Part shown: positions 51,301 through 60,472 of the stretch, piece by piece
Layout of the letters: each line of letters starts with the position of its first letter
Position numbering within the stretch: the stretch's first letter is position 1
Source of the DNA: Nitrospirales bacterium
GTDB taxonomy: Bacteria; Nitrospirota; Nitrospiria; Nitrospirales; UBA8639
DNA length: 64,000 bases
Direction: 5' to 3'
Assembly (NCBI GenBank): GCA_963422365.1
Contig: OY729426.1
Location: 1,888,001 to 1,952,000, forward strand
Program-made: the position numbers and the translations under genes
Notes under the pieces: generated by a model
Database searches by the model: none
Told to the model about the DNA's origin: nothing
The model's input: only the letters and a program-made list of their open reading frames with translations

Positions 51301-51778
51301 GGGCTATCCCTTTGATCGACAAACCGGAACTTTTACGATAGCCAATGGCCGTCTTGCTTCAGACGATATCGTCATGGATGGACCGATTCTGAAAATAACT
51401 GCCGCAGGGCAGTATGATCTGGTGAATGACGAATTAGATGTGGTGGCCGCAGCCAGCCCATTTGGGCCCTATTTTGATCTTCTTAGAAAAATTCCGTTAT
51501 TTGGGATATTGTTCGATGGTGAAGAAGGGGGAGTCGCCATGGCTCTGTTTGACGTTAAAGGGTCGCTTCACGATCCAACGATCGAGCCTTTGCCCTTGGA
51601 ATCCTTTGCCGCCGGGTTAACGGGATTTGCCAAATTAGCTTTCTCTGTCTTGAAAAATACGATCACCTTGCCGCAGAAAATTTTTTTTCCTGAAGGAAAC
51701 GAAGAATCCCGTTCCGAATTGAATAACCTCAAAGACAAAGAACAAGAGATTGAGGATACGCCCATAGAAAGTTATTAA
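48386..51778 (+). CDS. AsmA-like/YhdP-type envelope protein
   Basis: N-terminal TM anchor, LERDEQGQWN, long beta-rich body, C-terminal GYPFD..TG.F.I.NG, G.YDL and F.VKGSL.DP. Confidence 0.85.
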   Translation: MMSKRKRLISSLFLIMILCVLGVVYVATFHLEDLQRVVRDLIVRSFGEHVTVEQLHVNFLPYPQLELVDISINDPKQGTPIFQASHIQLDLSFLSLMQETPMPHALIIKNAFLDLERDEQGQWNYRKIFQEGMADRVGIGTWLSGRSLKFINGSVHLEDRYRREVTFIVQVEEVELQVEQLVLDGPTEVFLSARLSKGDTGSIISSYGTLQHIGGFLEFESMAQLEASPQLDLHTRLEFDRKTLLQLADLFKVREVPIGLQGRTKAQGHIHFAPGPLGYDLVLSDLVVLTDNIDLNAEVRMMGVLQPEPPTFSSQWTSTPVAVQHLPQLLPQELVPSELSDAIYRQTMSGKIQAVSATLTSSASQEVGYSLTGKFHFSEGTLAFGSKWGKAEGITGTIDIQPGQIRLLDFHGRYEQIPMDRVTGTIDLTEQGPWLTTEFGGTVSSKRFVGIMHNIFEWNTPRHPMKSLQGTAGSGALTVRFAGPLKNPRAITFQSAEYHPAQIAVQLPGLHAPLTQVEGIFAFSPKHLRFEQITGLYGQSDFRIEGTMTFEEQPYLDGVKIQGRFSDNDLVNLFSDQTLSAQKIISGQADYLVVVDGKLQTPTVKGRVALQGLEILLPGILSKHPTLVGNLNFHIRIGKNRQLAFERIALTLPSIRLAGRGEFSYEETLTFKAFLTAKPINFELLPPGLALFDKTFSSGTLEGFVDLQGTGSDWRSWNKSGWVALTNGAVKIEGVRAPISQVVLRVKLDGHTAELRHLQWNIDESQAKATGIIRTWDSTPEMKLTFTAPQFDIGLLIPKEEPSPLRAFLEKIAETATVTGSLRFDRAWYHNLHFKKLTGQFRIQNSTIGVDHIQGTTDNGTVHGRFFVHLPAQQPAAMKTWFTVNKIPLLTLEQTFFNEQALDERLMTGLMSAEGTIQGNGKDPHGVLPTLNGTLQLSIVDGQIKKGTVIPKILTIMNLPSVLQGMVDLEKEGYPFDRQTGTFTIANGRLASDDIVMDGPILKITAAGQYDLVNDELDVVAAASPFGPYFDLLRKIPLFGILFDGEEGGVAMALFDVKGSLHDPTIEPLPLESFAAGLTGFAKLAFSVLKNTITLPQKIFFPEGNEESRSELNNLKDKEQEIEDTPIESY

Positions 51779-52019
51779 ACATTCAGGCAATCGTATTCTT
51801 ATCGTATATCTTTCCGATCTCTTCAACACGTAGTTTTTTGCCATTTCCTTACTCCCTCTATCTCCAAAAAGCTGAAAGGGAAAGAGCCCCTCCCTGTATG
51901 GTCTTATTCGTGGCAGATCTCGTCGATGTCGAGGAAAAAGGCGTGCCGTGTGGCAAAGGATTTTACTGTGATTGCCATCTTTCTCGGAAATATAGATAGG
52001 GCAGGAGTGCGGCAATAAC

Positions 52020-52515
52020 AGATCACCTGAGAGACTTGGCATGCGCCAAGTCTATGACGTGGCCCATAATATTGCCAAAGTTGAACGTTATGAAAAGGCG
52101 CAACTAGCTTGTCCATCGTAAAGGCGCGACACGGGCATTTGGTCCTGGAAGTCCTGATGGTCCAGAAACATTTCCGAACAGTCGGCCAGCCGGTTCTCTG
52201 TGGCGTTTCCATGGAGACGGGGTCGTCCCTATTAGTGGGTACGGTGCAGGCCAAGAGAGAATCCTTTGGGTCGACGATCCACGGCGCTGGCCAGACACTG
52301 TCTCGAGCTCAAGCAAAACGAACGGTCCGCGGGGCGACCCTTTAAGAAACGATGGCTCAACGGGCATCCTTGTGAAAGCCGCCTCGATGTCAGGATTGGC
52401 TGAGGAAGCAGGAATCGCGTATAAAAATATTTCCGACTTCATGGAAACAGTAGATACTGCAGAGATCACCAGGAAAGTGGCCGAATTATTACCAGTAGGT
52501 AACATCAAAAGGTAA
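52020..52515 (+). pseudogene. rtcB: RtcB RNA ligase remnant (3' third only, frameshifted)
   Basis: VYDVAHNIAKVE, VHRKGATRAFGPG, VGQPV...SMETGS, FGSTIHGAG.TLSR..AK, LAEEAGIAYKNI...VGNIK-stop spread over shifting frames. Confidence 0.9.
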
Positions 52516-52573
52516 GAAACCTGCAATAATCGGACATGACGCGGTCTCGCGAAATCGATGAAAGGCTTTGGAA

Positions 52574-53602
52574 ATGATTCCTACTGTTGAATGGAAAGAG
52601 GGAGTCGTGTGGCTCCTTGATCAAAGTCAGTTGCCCGGACACACAGAACTGCTTGAATGCAAAGACGTTGATGCCGTGGCATCTGCTATCCGAGAATTGC
52701 GGGTGCGAGGGGCACCTGCTATTGGCGTGACCGCCGCGATGGGGGTCGCGCTGGGAGCGCAGTCCGTATTTGAGACTGATGCCCCGACGTTTGAACGAAA
52801 AGTCTTGGCCATTTGCGATCAATTAGCAGTCACTCGACCCACGGCAGTGAATCTTTTTTGGGCGATTGCGCGCATGAAGGGCGTCTTACAGAAAAACCGT
52901 GGCCTCACGGTGCCTGAGCTCCAATCTGGACTTGTGCAAGAAGCCTTGGCAATTCAACGGGAAGATATTGCGATGTGTAAGACCATGGGCCAACAAGGAG
53001 CCCATCTTATCAAGGATGGGCAAAATATTTTAACGCACTGTAATGCAGGGGCATTGGCAACAGCTGGATATGGCACCGCCTTGGGCGTGGTTCGGGCGGC
53101 TTGGGAGCAGGGGAAAAAGGTTCATGTCTTTGCGAATGAAACCCGACCGGTCTTTCAAGGGGCTCGGTTGACGGCTTGGGAGTTGATGGAAGACGGTATT
53201 CCCGTAACTCTTATCACGGACAGTATGGCTGGGGCCATCATGCGACAGGGCACCATTGATTTGTGTGTGGTCGGTGCCGACCGGATTGCTGCCAACGGAG
53301 ACGTGGCGAATAAAATCGGGACGTATACCGTTGCGGTTCTCGCCAAGGCACACGACATTCCTTTTTATGTCGCGGCGCCCTCTTCGACTATCGACCTTTC
53401 GACTCCATCCGGTTCCGCTATTCCTATTGAAGAACGTCCTAGTCATGAAGTGACCTCCTTCAATGGGGCATGGATTGCTCCAAAAGGCGTGGCGGTCCTT
53501 AACCCTGCTTTTGACGTGACTCCTGCCGAGTATATCACGGGGATCATTACGGAACAGGGCGTGGTGGTCCCAGACCAGATTTTAGAACAGTCTAAAAGCT
53601 AA
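52574..53602 (+). CDS. mtnA: Methylthioribose-1-phosphate isomerase
   Basis: [67 protein letters not shown]. Confidence 0.96.
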   Translation: MIPTVEWKEGVVWLLDQSQLPGHTELLECKDVDAVASAIRELRVRGAPAIGVTAAMGVALGAQSVFETDAPTFERKVLAICDQLAVTRPTAVNLFWAIARMKGVLQKNRGLTVPELQSGLVQEALAIQREDIAMCKTMGQQGAHLIKDGQNILTHCNAGALATAGYGTALGVVRAAWEQGKKVHVFANETRPVFQGARLTAWELMEDGIPVTLITDSMAGAIMRQGTIDLCVVGADRIAANGDVANKIGTYTVAVLAKAHDIPFYVAAPSSTIDLSTPSGSAIPIEERPSHEVTSFNGAWIAPKGVAVLNPAFDVTPAEYITGIITEQGVVVPDQILEQSKS

Positions 53603-53672
53603 CGGCGGGTGAAGGGGAAACCTATCCGTTTTGTCTAAGACACGTTGAAGTACGGTATCTCGGTCAGAAAAA

Positions 53673-54092
53673 ATGATGAACTTTCTAAGGTCATTGTGGA
53701 ACATGAAAAACGAAGTTCCAGGTACGCCACAGTCAGGGTGTCTTATTTATGACTCTCATTGTCGTCTTTGCGTGGCAGTGCAGCAGAAATTAGAGCAGAC
53801 AGCATGTTTCGAACATATTCAGTTTGTTCCCTACGAAAGTCAAAAGGCTGTCGAATGCCTGGGGAAAAGCTATCAAGCTGACTGTCGGCCTTCTATGGCC
53901 TATTGGGTCGACGAGAAAGGAACGGTTACTGCTGGCCTGGAAGCATTTCTTCCCTTCCTCCCAGGCCTAAGGAGTGGAAAAATTTTTATGTTTTTCTGGA
54001 AATTTCGTGCGTGGCGACAGTTCATGCTTGCCCTATATGGATTTGTGGCTAAGCATCGCCATCGTTGGTTTGGTGCAAGTAAGGAGCTCTAG
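53673..54092 (+). CDS. DCC1/DUF393-like thiol-disulfide oxidoreductase
   Basis: LIYDSHCRLC (DxxCxxC) and C-terminal Y.FVAKHRHRWFG. Confidence 0.85.
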   Translation: MMNFLRSLWNMKNEVPGTPQSGCLIYDSHCRLCVAVQQKLEQTACFEHIQFVPYESQKAVECLGKSYQADCRPSMAYWVDEKGTVTAGLEAFLPFLPGLRSGKIFMFFWKFRAWRQFMLALYGFVAKHRHRWFGASKEL

Positions 54093-54135
54093 CTTAGTGT
54101 AGAAAAAGCTCAAATCGTTTATTCTCTGGCCGATC

Positions 54136-54759
54136 TTAAGAGGATTGCTCAAGAAGATGAAACTTGAGCGTCTGTTCTCGAATTTTTGTTTTTTCCAGCA
54201 ATTCCTCAAAGCCCTCGGTGAGCACTTTGCCAATCAATTGTTCCATATCCTCTTCAGTGAAGAACACGCCACTATCCGTTTCTCCGACCCCAATGGCAAT
54301 GCGTACGGTACTGTCGTCGGCTGAGTTGTGGATCGTAAATGCCATGATCGCGTCAACTTCGATGAAGGAGGACAAGAATCGATCGATAGCCTGCACCCTG
54401 AATTTTTTGATGGCGGGCTCAATTCTGATATCGGCGGATTCAATACCTTCGGCCGGGGAGGCAGAAAATCCTGATTGATTCAAGAAGTGAACAAAAGAAC
54501 TTGTGACGCCTTGACTGAGAGTGCCGTCCATCACGTCAAAATATGTTTCGCCTCCTCCTTGATGGATCCGCAGGCCCAAGTGTTTGGATGCTTGTCGTCG
54601 ATCATCGAATGGAGAAACCGCAACTGTAAGAGTAGAGCCTTTGGAATCAATGTCGGATTCGACGTGCTGGACACGTAATTTGGAAATTTCTCCACTCCCG
54701 TGACATCCCGAAAGCAACAAGCCTGCCAAGAGGAATCCTGCGAGACACAATTGTTTCAT
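54136..54759 (-). CDS. Putative lipoprotein (YajG-like fold possible)
   Basis: Signal peptide with lipobox LLSGC; AAGGAG RBS; VAVSPFDDRR. Confidence 0.8.
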   Translation of the reverse strand: MKQLCLAGFLLAGLLLSGCHGSGEISKLRVQHVESDIDSKGSTLTVAVSPFDDRRQASKHLGLRIHQGGGETYFDVMDGTLSQGVTSSFVHFLNQSGFSASPAEGIESADIRIEPAIKKFRVQAIDRFLSSFIEVDAIMAFTIHNSADDSTVRIAIGVGETDSGVFFTEEDMEQLIGKVLTEGFEELLEKTKIREQTLKFHLLEQSS

Positions 54760-55068
54760 GAGTCGGCACTCCTTTTTCCTAGTGTCGTGTAACGAACTGC
54801 TGACTGCACGTCAGCAGTTCATTTTTTGTGCGAATCTCAGCACTCCAGATTTCAACAAAAACTTATTCAGTAACACTATGACAACCCACCAAGAGAATAC
54901 AAGTATTATCTTATGCAATAAGATGTAAGTTGTTGCATTTGACTTTCATGACTGCTGCTTGACACTATGAGGTGCCGTTCTTTTACCCCTTTATTTTTCC
55001 TTATGTGGAATCGAAATTTTTTATTTCGGGCGCATGAAGCCGTCCCGTTACCTCAAACGGAGAATGAT

Positions 55069-55380
55069 ATGTTTCATGAAACGGCTCCAGCGTTGGATAG
55101 CTCAGGATTAACCACAGAAAAGTATATTTCGGTCTGGCTTCAAGGGGAGGGAGAAAATGATGAACCCTTTGCCTATACGAATCTCTATGTACGAACTGCC
55201 ACGCTTGACCCTGTAAAAAAGGTTGGGTTTTTGCAGCCCTTACAAGGCCGTTCCCACCAAATCAAACAAATGCTTTCTCCTGAGCAGAAATCATTTTTGA
55301 AAGATTGGCTTAAAAGCACAAATCCTACGGCATGGGAAGAAGCCGACGAGTATTTTCAGAAAATCTTTGAACACGAATAG
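55069..55380 (+). CDS. Hypothetical protein
   Basis: GGAG RBS before ATG 55069; compact globular ORF. Confidence 0.7.
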   Translation: MFHETAPALDSSGLTTEKYISVWLQGEGENDEPFAYTNLYVRTATLDPVKKVGFLQPLQGRSHQIKQMLSPEQKSFLKDWLKSTNPTAWEEADEYFQKIFEHE

Positions 55381-55599
55381 GTCTTTCCTTTTCAAGGAGG
55401 CTTTTCAAAAGCCTGCCTTGAGCCGATGCGAAAGGTGCCCCCTCAAGGCCCTGCAGAATATTCCGGTCTCACCACGGATTATTTCCAACTTTGTGTTGTC
55501 ATGATGCTAACATCGTATTCTAACCGGCTGTTCGTTGAAGGAAGAGCTTGTTTCATGAAGCGATGGACGACATGAGAACACAGCAGGTGTAACCATTTC

Positions 55600-56871
55600 A
55601 TGGATTTTCACGTTGACATCGTCGTGGTCGGCGCTGGAGGCGGAGGAGCGATCTTAGGCCTTTTGCTTGCCAAGAGAGGAATTCGAACCCTCGTCCTTGA
55701 ACAAGCCTCTGGGCCTCCTCACGGCATACGAGGAGAAATTCTCCAGCCCAATGGGCAGATGATTTTGGATAATTTAGGTCTGTTGAATCAATTGCCAAAA
55801 GATGCCGTGCAGTCCGTCCGTCATTTTCATTTTCGGCAGATTGGTGATAGGCGGCTGTGTTCGATTGACTATGGTGAGCTGCCTCCTCCCTATAATCGTG
55901 CCCTCGTAACCCTGCCGCATGCCGCTCATCGAGTGGTGCTGGAAGCCTTAGAGAAACAGAACCCCTGCGGCTTGTGGTACGGGGCTTCCTTTACCAACGT
56001 CTTGAAAAAAAGCGAACAAATCATTGGAGTCGAAGCAGAAATTCAAGGCAAGCCCGTACACATTTCCGCCAAATTAGTCGTTGGGGCTGATGGACCAGCA
56101 TCCAAAGTTCGTGAAGCGCTCCGAATTCCAACGAAACTGTATCGGTATCCTGAAAGCTATCTTGTCGCCATCTTAGACTGCCCTGAGAGGCTGGATGAAG
56201 CGCAATATTTTCTCGGGAAAAAAGAAATTTTAGGGGTATTCCCAGCTGCAGAGAAAAAAGTCTATCTCGTCTACTTGATTAACGCAGAATCCCGGAACAC
56301 GATACATGCAGCCGGGGTCGAACCCCTTCAAAAGCGCTGGTCTGCCATTTCCCCGGAGCTATCGGCTACCTTCCAGGGATTTACAAGCTGGGAGCAGTCA
56401 ACGATTATGCCCACGGGTCGAACCCGTGCACACACGTGGGTGACCGATGGGGCTGTGCTTATTGGGGATGCTGCTCATGGGATGAATCCACATGCCTCTC
56501 AAGGACGCATGCAAGCCATGGTCGATGCCGTGGCGTTGGCAGATTTGATTCCTTCCTGTTTAGCAGAAGACAATTTTGAGGCACCACGCTTAAAAATGTA
56601 TGAAACACAGCGTCGCCCTAAAGTCGAAATGTTGCAACGGCTTGCCGATGAAGAGGCATTTTTTTGGAATACAAGGAACCCTTTGCTTACCTGGATGCGC
56701 AATCGAGTATTTTCCACCATTGATAACAATCGACGTCTTAAATATCAAGTCTTGACTGCGACCGCTGGGCTTCGGGAGACTCCGCCCTTTGGAATACTGG
56801 ATCGCTTCATGGCTCTAGGAGTATTGCCGGATCCCTGTGCCGATCAACGACCACCTCATGCCCTTTCGTAA
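55600..56871 (+). CDS. FAD-dependent monooxygenase (UbiH/FAD_binding_3 family)
   Basis: VVGAGGGG, LVVGADG..S.VR, LIGDAAH.M.P..SQG. Confidence 0.9.
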   Translation: MDFHVDIVVVGAGGGGAILGLLLAKRGIRTLVLEQASGPPHGIRGEILQPNGQMILDNLGLLNQLPKDAVQSVRHFHFRQIGDRRLCSIDYGELPPPYNRALVTLPHAAHRVVLEALEKQNPCGLWYGASFTNVLKKSEQIIGVEAEIQGKPVHISAKLVVGADGPASKVREALRIPTKLYRYPESYLVAILDCPERLDEAQYFLGKKEILGVFPAAEKKVYLVYLINAESRNTIHAAGVEPLQKRWSAISPELSATFQGFTSWEQSTIMPTGRTRAHTWVTDGAVLIGDAAHGMNPHASQGRMQAMVDAVALADLIPSCLAEDNFEAPRLKMYETQRRPKVEMLQRLADEEAFFWNTRNPLLTWMRNRVFSTIDNNRRLKYQVLTATAGLRETPPFGILDRFMALGVLPDPCADQRPPHALS

Positions 56872-56910
56872 TATCAGTTCCCACGACACCGCACGGAAGA
56901 GACGGCAAGG

Positions 56911-57672
56911 ATGAACGCCACTCCGCCTTGGTTCGATCTTCAGGAAGACACGCATGTACCACTGCGTGGCTTTCTCCGTTCTGTAAAAAAACAAAAGCTC
57001 GCGTCTCACGCCATTCTTGTCTATGGCAGTGCGGCATGTGGAGAGTTTCTGCAAGGATATTCCAACATCAATGTGCTGCTCTTACTTGAACAGATCACAC
57101 AACCTGTTCTGCAACAGTGGAGCCGCATTCAAAAACAGTGGGGCAAGGAAAAAATCGTTGCGCCGTTGTTTCTCACCTACAAGGATCTCCAACAATCCTT
57201 GGACGTGTTTCCGTTAGAGTTTCTGGATATCAAAGAACGACACGTCCTGCTTGAAGGACGTGATCCATTTCCTGAATTGCTTATCAGTTCGACATACTTG
57301 TTCCTCCAATGCAGGCAAGAAGTTCACGGAAATCTCCTGCGGGTTCGCCAATGTTATGTCGAAGGGTGGGCCAAGGTTGAAGCTATTCAAGCTCTGCTAC
57401 CCCTATCCTTAACTGCGCTTCTGCCATGTCTTCGTGGAGTGTATCGCGTCTTGGACTACCCGTCGAACATGAACTCCCCAGAAGTCTTGGATGAACTGAG
57501 CACCACATTGGGTCTGGATCCTTCAGTCTTTCTCGAAGTGTGGCACTTGAAGCGAGGACGCAGTACACCGGGGAAACATGAACTTCCCAAGTTATTGGAG
57601 CGGTACCTTTCAGCGTTGGGTCAATTGGTGGACCGTGTCGAATCAATGAAACACGAAGAACGATTCCAATGA
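56911..57672 (+). CDS. Pol-beta-type nucleotidyltransferase-fold protein (degenerate acidic motif)
   Basis: VYGSAACGEF..GYSNINVLLL; DVFPLEFLDIKE...L.GRDP. Confidence 0.7.
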   Translation: MNATPPWFDLQEDTHVPLRGFLRSVKKQKLASHAILVYGSAACGEFLQGYSNINVLLLLEQITQPVLQQWSRIQKQWGKEKIVAPLFLTYKDLQQSLDVFPLEFLDIKERHVLLEGRDPFPELLISSTYLFLQCRQEVHGNLLRVRQCYVEGWAKVEAIQALLPLSLTALLPCLRGVYRVLDYPSNMNSPEVLDELSTTLGLDPSVFLEVWHLKRGRSTPGKHELPKLLERYLSALGQLVDRVESMKHEERFQ

Positions 57673-58430
57673 TAAGTTTATGGCGTTCAGTGACTGTACT
57701 GGTTCTGCTTGTATGGGTGTCTCCAGGCCTAGCCGATCATTCTGGCGGAGAAAAGACATTCGTTTTTCCGACGCCACTTGGCTATGTCAGTGATTATGCG
57801 GATGTCATCGAAGCCAACTGGCAAAGCAGAATTCGTGGAGTCTGTAAAGAACTGGAGGACCGTACCGGTATCGAAATGATAGTCGTGACCATTGCGACGG
57901 TCAGCCCTTCCTCGCATGCACGGGAGTATGCAAAAAGATTGTATCAGGAATGGCATATTGGCGCGACACAACAAAAGCGAGGAATGTTATTGCTCACTTC
58001 GTTGAAGGAGCGACAAGCCGTGGTGGTACTCGGGCGGAATTTACTTCCGGTAATCGGAAAGCCGCAGTTGAATGAATTCTCAAAACACCATCTCATCCCT
58101 ATGTTCCAAAATGCCCAATACGGAGAATCCTTGTATCGTACGGCAGTAGGATTAGCTACAGCCTCGGGCAGTGCGATCCCAAAATTTCCACAAGCCAAAC
58201 GGTCTTCGAGTGTCGGGTTTTGGATGAACGTCGTCGCGGGAGTTGCTATGCTGTTTGTCTTGTGGCGGTTTACCCGTCCGGAACGGCGACATCCTTTTCA
58301 GCGGTGGCGACGGGGCGAATATTGGAGGACAGGCCAGGGTGGGTTTGGGGGAAACTTCGGTGGCTTTGGCGGGAATACGAGAGGGCAGGATTTATCGGAA
58401 CGTGTGCTGAAGATTCAGAAAAAGCCATAA
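57669..58430 (+). CDS. TPM-domain membrane protein
   Basis: GYVSDYADVI, TGIEMIVVT, W.IG...GMLLL, TM helix, Gly/Phe-rich tail; ATGA overlap with upstream gene. Confidence 0.88.
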   Translation: MISLWRSVTVLVLLVWVSPGLADHSGGEKTFVFPTPLGYVSDYADVIEANWQSRIRGVCKELEDRTGIEMIVVTIATVSPSSHAREYAKRLYQEWHIGATQQKRGMLLLTSLKERQAVVVLGRNLLPVIGKPQLNEFSKHHLIPMFQNAQYGESLYRTAVGLATASGSAIPKFPQAKRSSSVGFWMNVVAGVAMLFVLWRFTRPERRHPFQRWRRGEYWRTGQGGFGGNFGGFGGNTRGQDLSERVLKIQKKP

Positions 58431-58502
58431 AGCATGAGATACCCCCCCCCCGGTGACTTGGCGGTAATCTGGCGATCATTCGAGCCGAGTCAACAAACTC
58501 AC

Positions 58503-59180
58503 CTACAGCGGCTTATGGTTTTCAAACGTGATGGTGCGTGTCACCATTGCGCCTTTTTCATACGAAATGATGCGGCGGGTCGCAGGCAGATCCGCATTTC
58601 CCACTCTGACATGAGAATCCGAAAAGCTTTCGACGTTTGCCAGTGAGTCATCCTTTTGTGAGTAGTAATACACGGTATAGCGAGTCGTGAGATATGTCTT
58701 GTCCTGAGTCAACACGCTGTCTTCGACGTTAATCGTGAAGGCCACATGCGGCATCTTTCGGTTAATCTGGGTGAGATGGTCATTTTTGATACGATAGCTC
58801 GATCCCATGGAATCCCCCAAACTGATTCTGGGCCCTTGGGGATGATTTTCTTCACCGGCAAAAGACAAATTGTATTTTCCATCGGATTCCTCGAAGTTTC
58901 TCGGCCCCCGATGCGTAGCAATCATCGAAATTTGGCTTTGAGCCCACTGTTGAAGATTTTCGTTCGGAAGAGACACCTCGACTTCTTTTGAGGACTTCAC
59001 CGTGACTGTACCGGTGGTTTCTTCACCATTCACGTTGATACGGAGATCGGCTTCGAATCCTCCAAAATTCTCGGGCCACCGTGAAGTGTTCGCAAACGCT
59101 CGTCGCAGGATCTCGCGAGCCTTGGGATCATCAGAGTTTTCGGTTTTGGCTTCTTCACGTGCATAGATTTCCATCGTCAC
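58503..59180 (-). CDS. DUF3386-family protein
   Basis: AREILRRAF.N..RWPENFGGF.AD, SMIATHR, SYRIK...TQINR, YLTTRY. Confidence 0.78.
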   Translation of the reverse strand: MTMEIYAREEAKTENSDDPKAREILRRAFANTSRWPENFGGFEADLRINVNGEETTGTVTVKSSKEVEVSLPNENLQQWAQSQISMIATHRGPRNFEESDGKYNLSFAGEENHPQGPRISLGDSMGSSYRIKNDHLTQINRKMPHVAFTINVEDSVLTQDKTYLTTRYTVYYYSQKDDSLANVESFSDSHVRVGNADLPATRRIISYEKGAMVTRTITFENHKPL

Positions 59181-59463
59181 GCTCCTTCCTTATTGAAAAA
59201 CCAGACAGCGGCACTTACAAAGAGTAAGTAATCTTTATCGTACCATAAAAAACCCTAAAGGTTGAACAACTTATTCTTGATGTCAAGCAGTCGTCTTCTA
59301 TTGTGAGCAAGTCTCCTCGGGTCATTGCGCCAAAATTTTTCTTGCCTCTATCATCCGGCTCCATCCTTCCTTTATGATACAGGACTATCATTAAGGGCAA
59401 ATTTATCGACACGGGAGGGGACACCGTGCGTGAATTCTCGCACAAAAGCAACGAGCACGTTTC

Positions 59464-60321
59464 ATGAAGAGATCGCGTAAAAATGCCAAGAAACGTCCGT
59501 TCATGGCTGATCGGGCTGATCTCCATGTCTTGTATCAAAAAAGCGTGCAGAGTCCTGAGCACGATATTCCATTTTTTGCTGAGTATTTTGAGAAATATAC
59601 AGGCCATCCCCTGCACGTATTGCGTGAAGACTTCTGTGGTACCGCCGCATTGTCTACGTATTTCGTGACGCAACATCCCGAAAACCACGCCATTGGTATT
59701 GATCTGGATTGGCCGACTCTGAATTGGGGCATGAAACATAATGTGTCGTGCTTGACTGTGGATCAGCAAAAGCGCTTGACACTCATTCAGGGGAATGTCT
59801 TGGACCATTATCCTTCACACGTCCAACTGACGGTGGCCATGAATTTTAGCTATATGACGTTTAAGGATCGGCCGACACTGTTGCAGTATTTCAAAAGAGC
59901 AAAAGAATCCCTTCAGCCTAGAGGCATGTTTGCCTTGGACAGTTGGGGAGGCAGCGAAAGCCAGGTATTGCAAGAAGAGTCACGTGAGATTGACAATCCT
60001 GAAGATGACGGCATTGGCGATTTTACCTTCATTTGGGACCAGGAGGTCTTCGATCCTACAACCTACTTCTGTACGACGCGCATTCATTTTGCCTTTCAAG
60101 ACGGCAGTGAACTTCGTCATGCCTTTGTCTATGACTGGCGCATGTGGACCATTCCCGAAATCATGGAAGTCATGAACGAAGCAGGGTTTCAGGACGTACA
60201 TTTTTTATGGGAAGATACCGACCCTAAAACCAACGAAGGCACCGGCACCTATCGCCGTGCAGAAAAAGGCGAAGCCGATTTAGCGTGGATTGCGTATATC
60301 GTAGGCGTAAATCCAATTTAA
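59464..60321 (+). CDS. Class I SAM-dependent methyltransferase
   Basis: LYQKSVQSP, LREDFCGTA, GIDLD, AMNFSY, FVYDWRMWTIPE. Confidence 0.85.
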   Translation: MKRSRKNAKKRPFMADRADLHVLYQKSVQSPEHDIPFFAEYFEKYTGHPLHVLREDFCGTAALSTYFVTQHPENHAIGIDLDWPTLNWGMKHNVSCLTVDQQKRLTLIQGNVLDHYPSHVQLTVAMNFSYMTFKDRPTLLQYFKRAKESLQPRGMFALDSWGGSESQVLQEESREIDNPEDDGIGDFTFIWDQEVFDPTTYFCTTRIHFAFQDGSELRHAFVYDWRMWTIPEIMEVMNEAGFQDVHFLWEDTDPKTNEGTGTYRRAEKGEADLAWIAYIVGVNPI

Positions 60322-60472
60322 TCCCGCCTTTCAATGATTTTTTCGGAACCTCTATCATCTGAACGACAAGATCTCTTCTTGCCACTTCTGTCATCGGAAG
60401 GATAGAGTCAAATTCCATTCTATCGTAATTTGGACAATCATCTCCATTAAAGGTTTACTTTAAATTTTCTTA

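Noticed and set aside
55393..55450. Overlapping inverted repeats (AGGCTTTT/AAAAGCCT, GCCTTGAG/CTCAAGGC) after the hypothetical gene
   Set aside because: No U-tract and no recognisable RNA family; cannot be assigned from sequence alone.
58442..58451. C10 homopolymer
   Set aside because: Lies between convergent gene ends, so no plausible phase-variation target.
59215..59808. 197-aa minus-strand ORF
   Set aside because: Overlaps the methyltransferase antisense and has no recognisable motifs.
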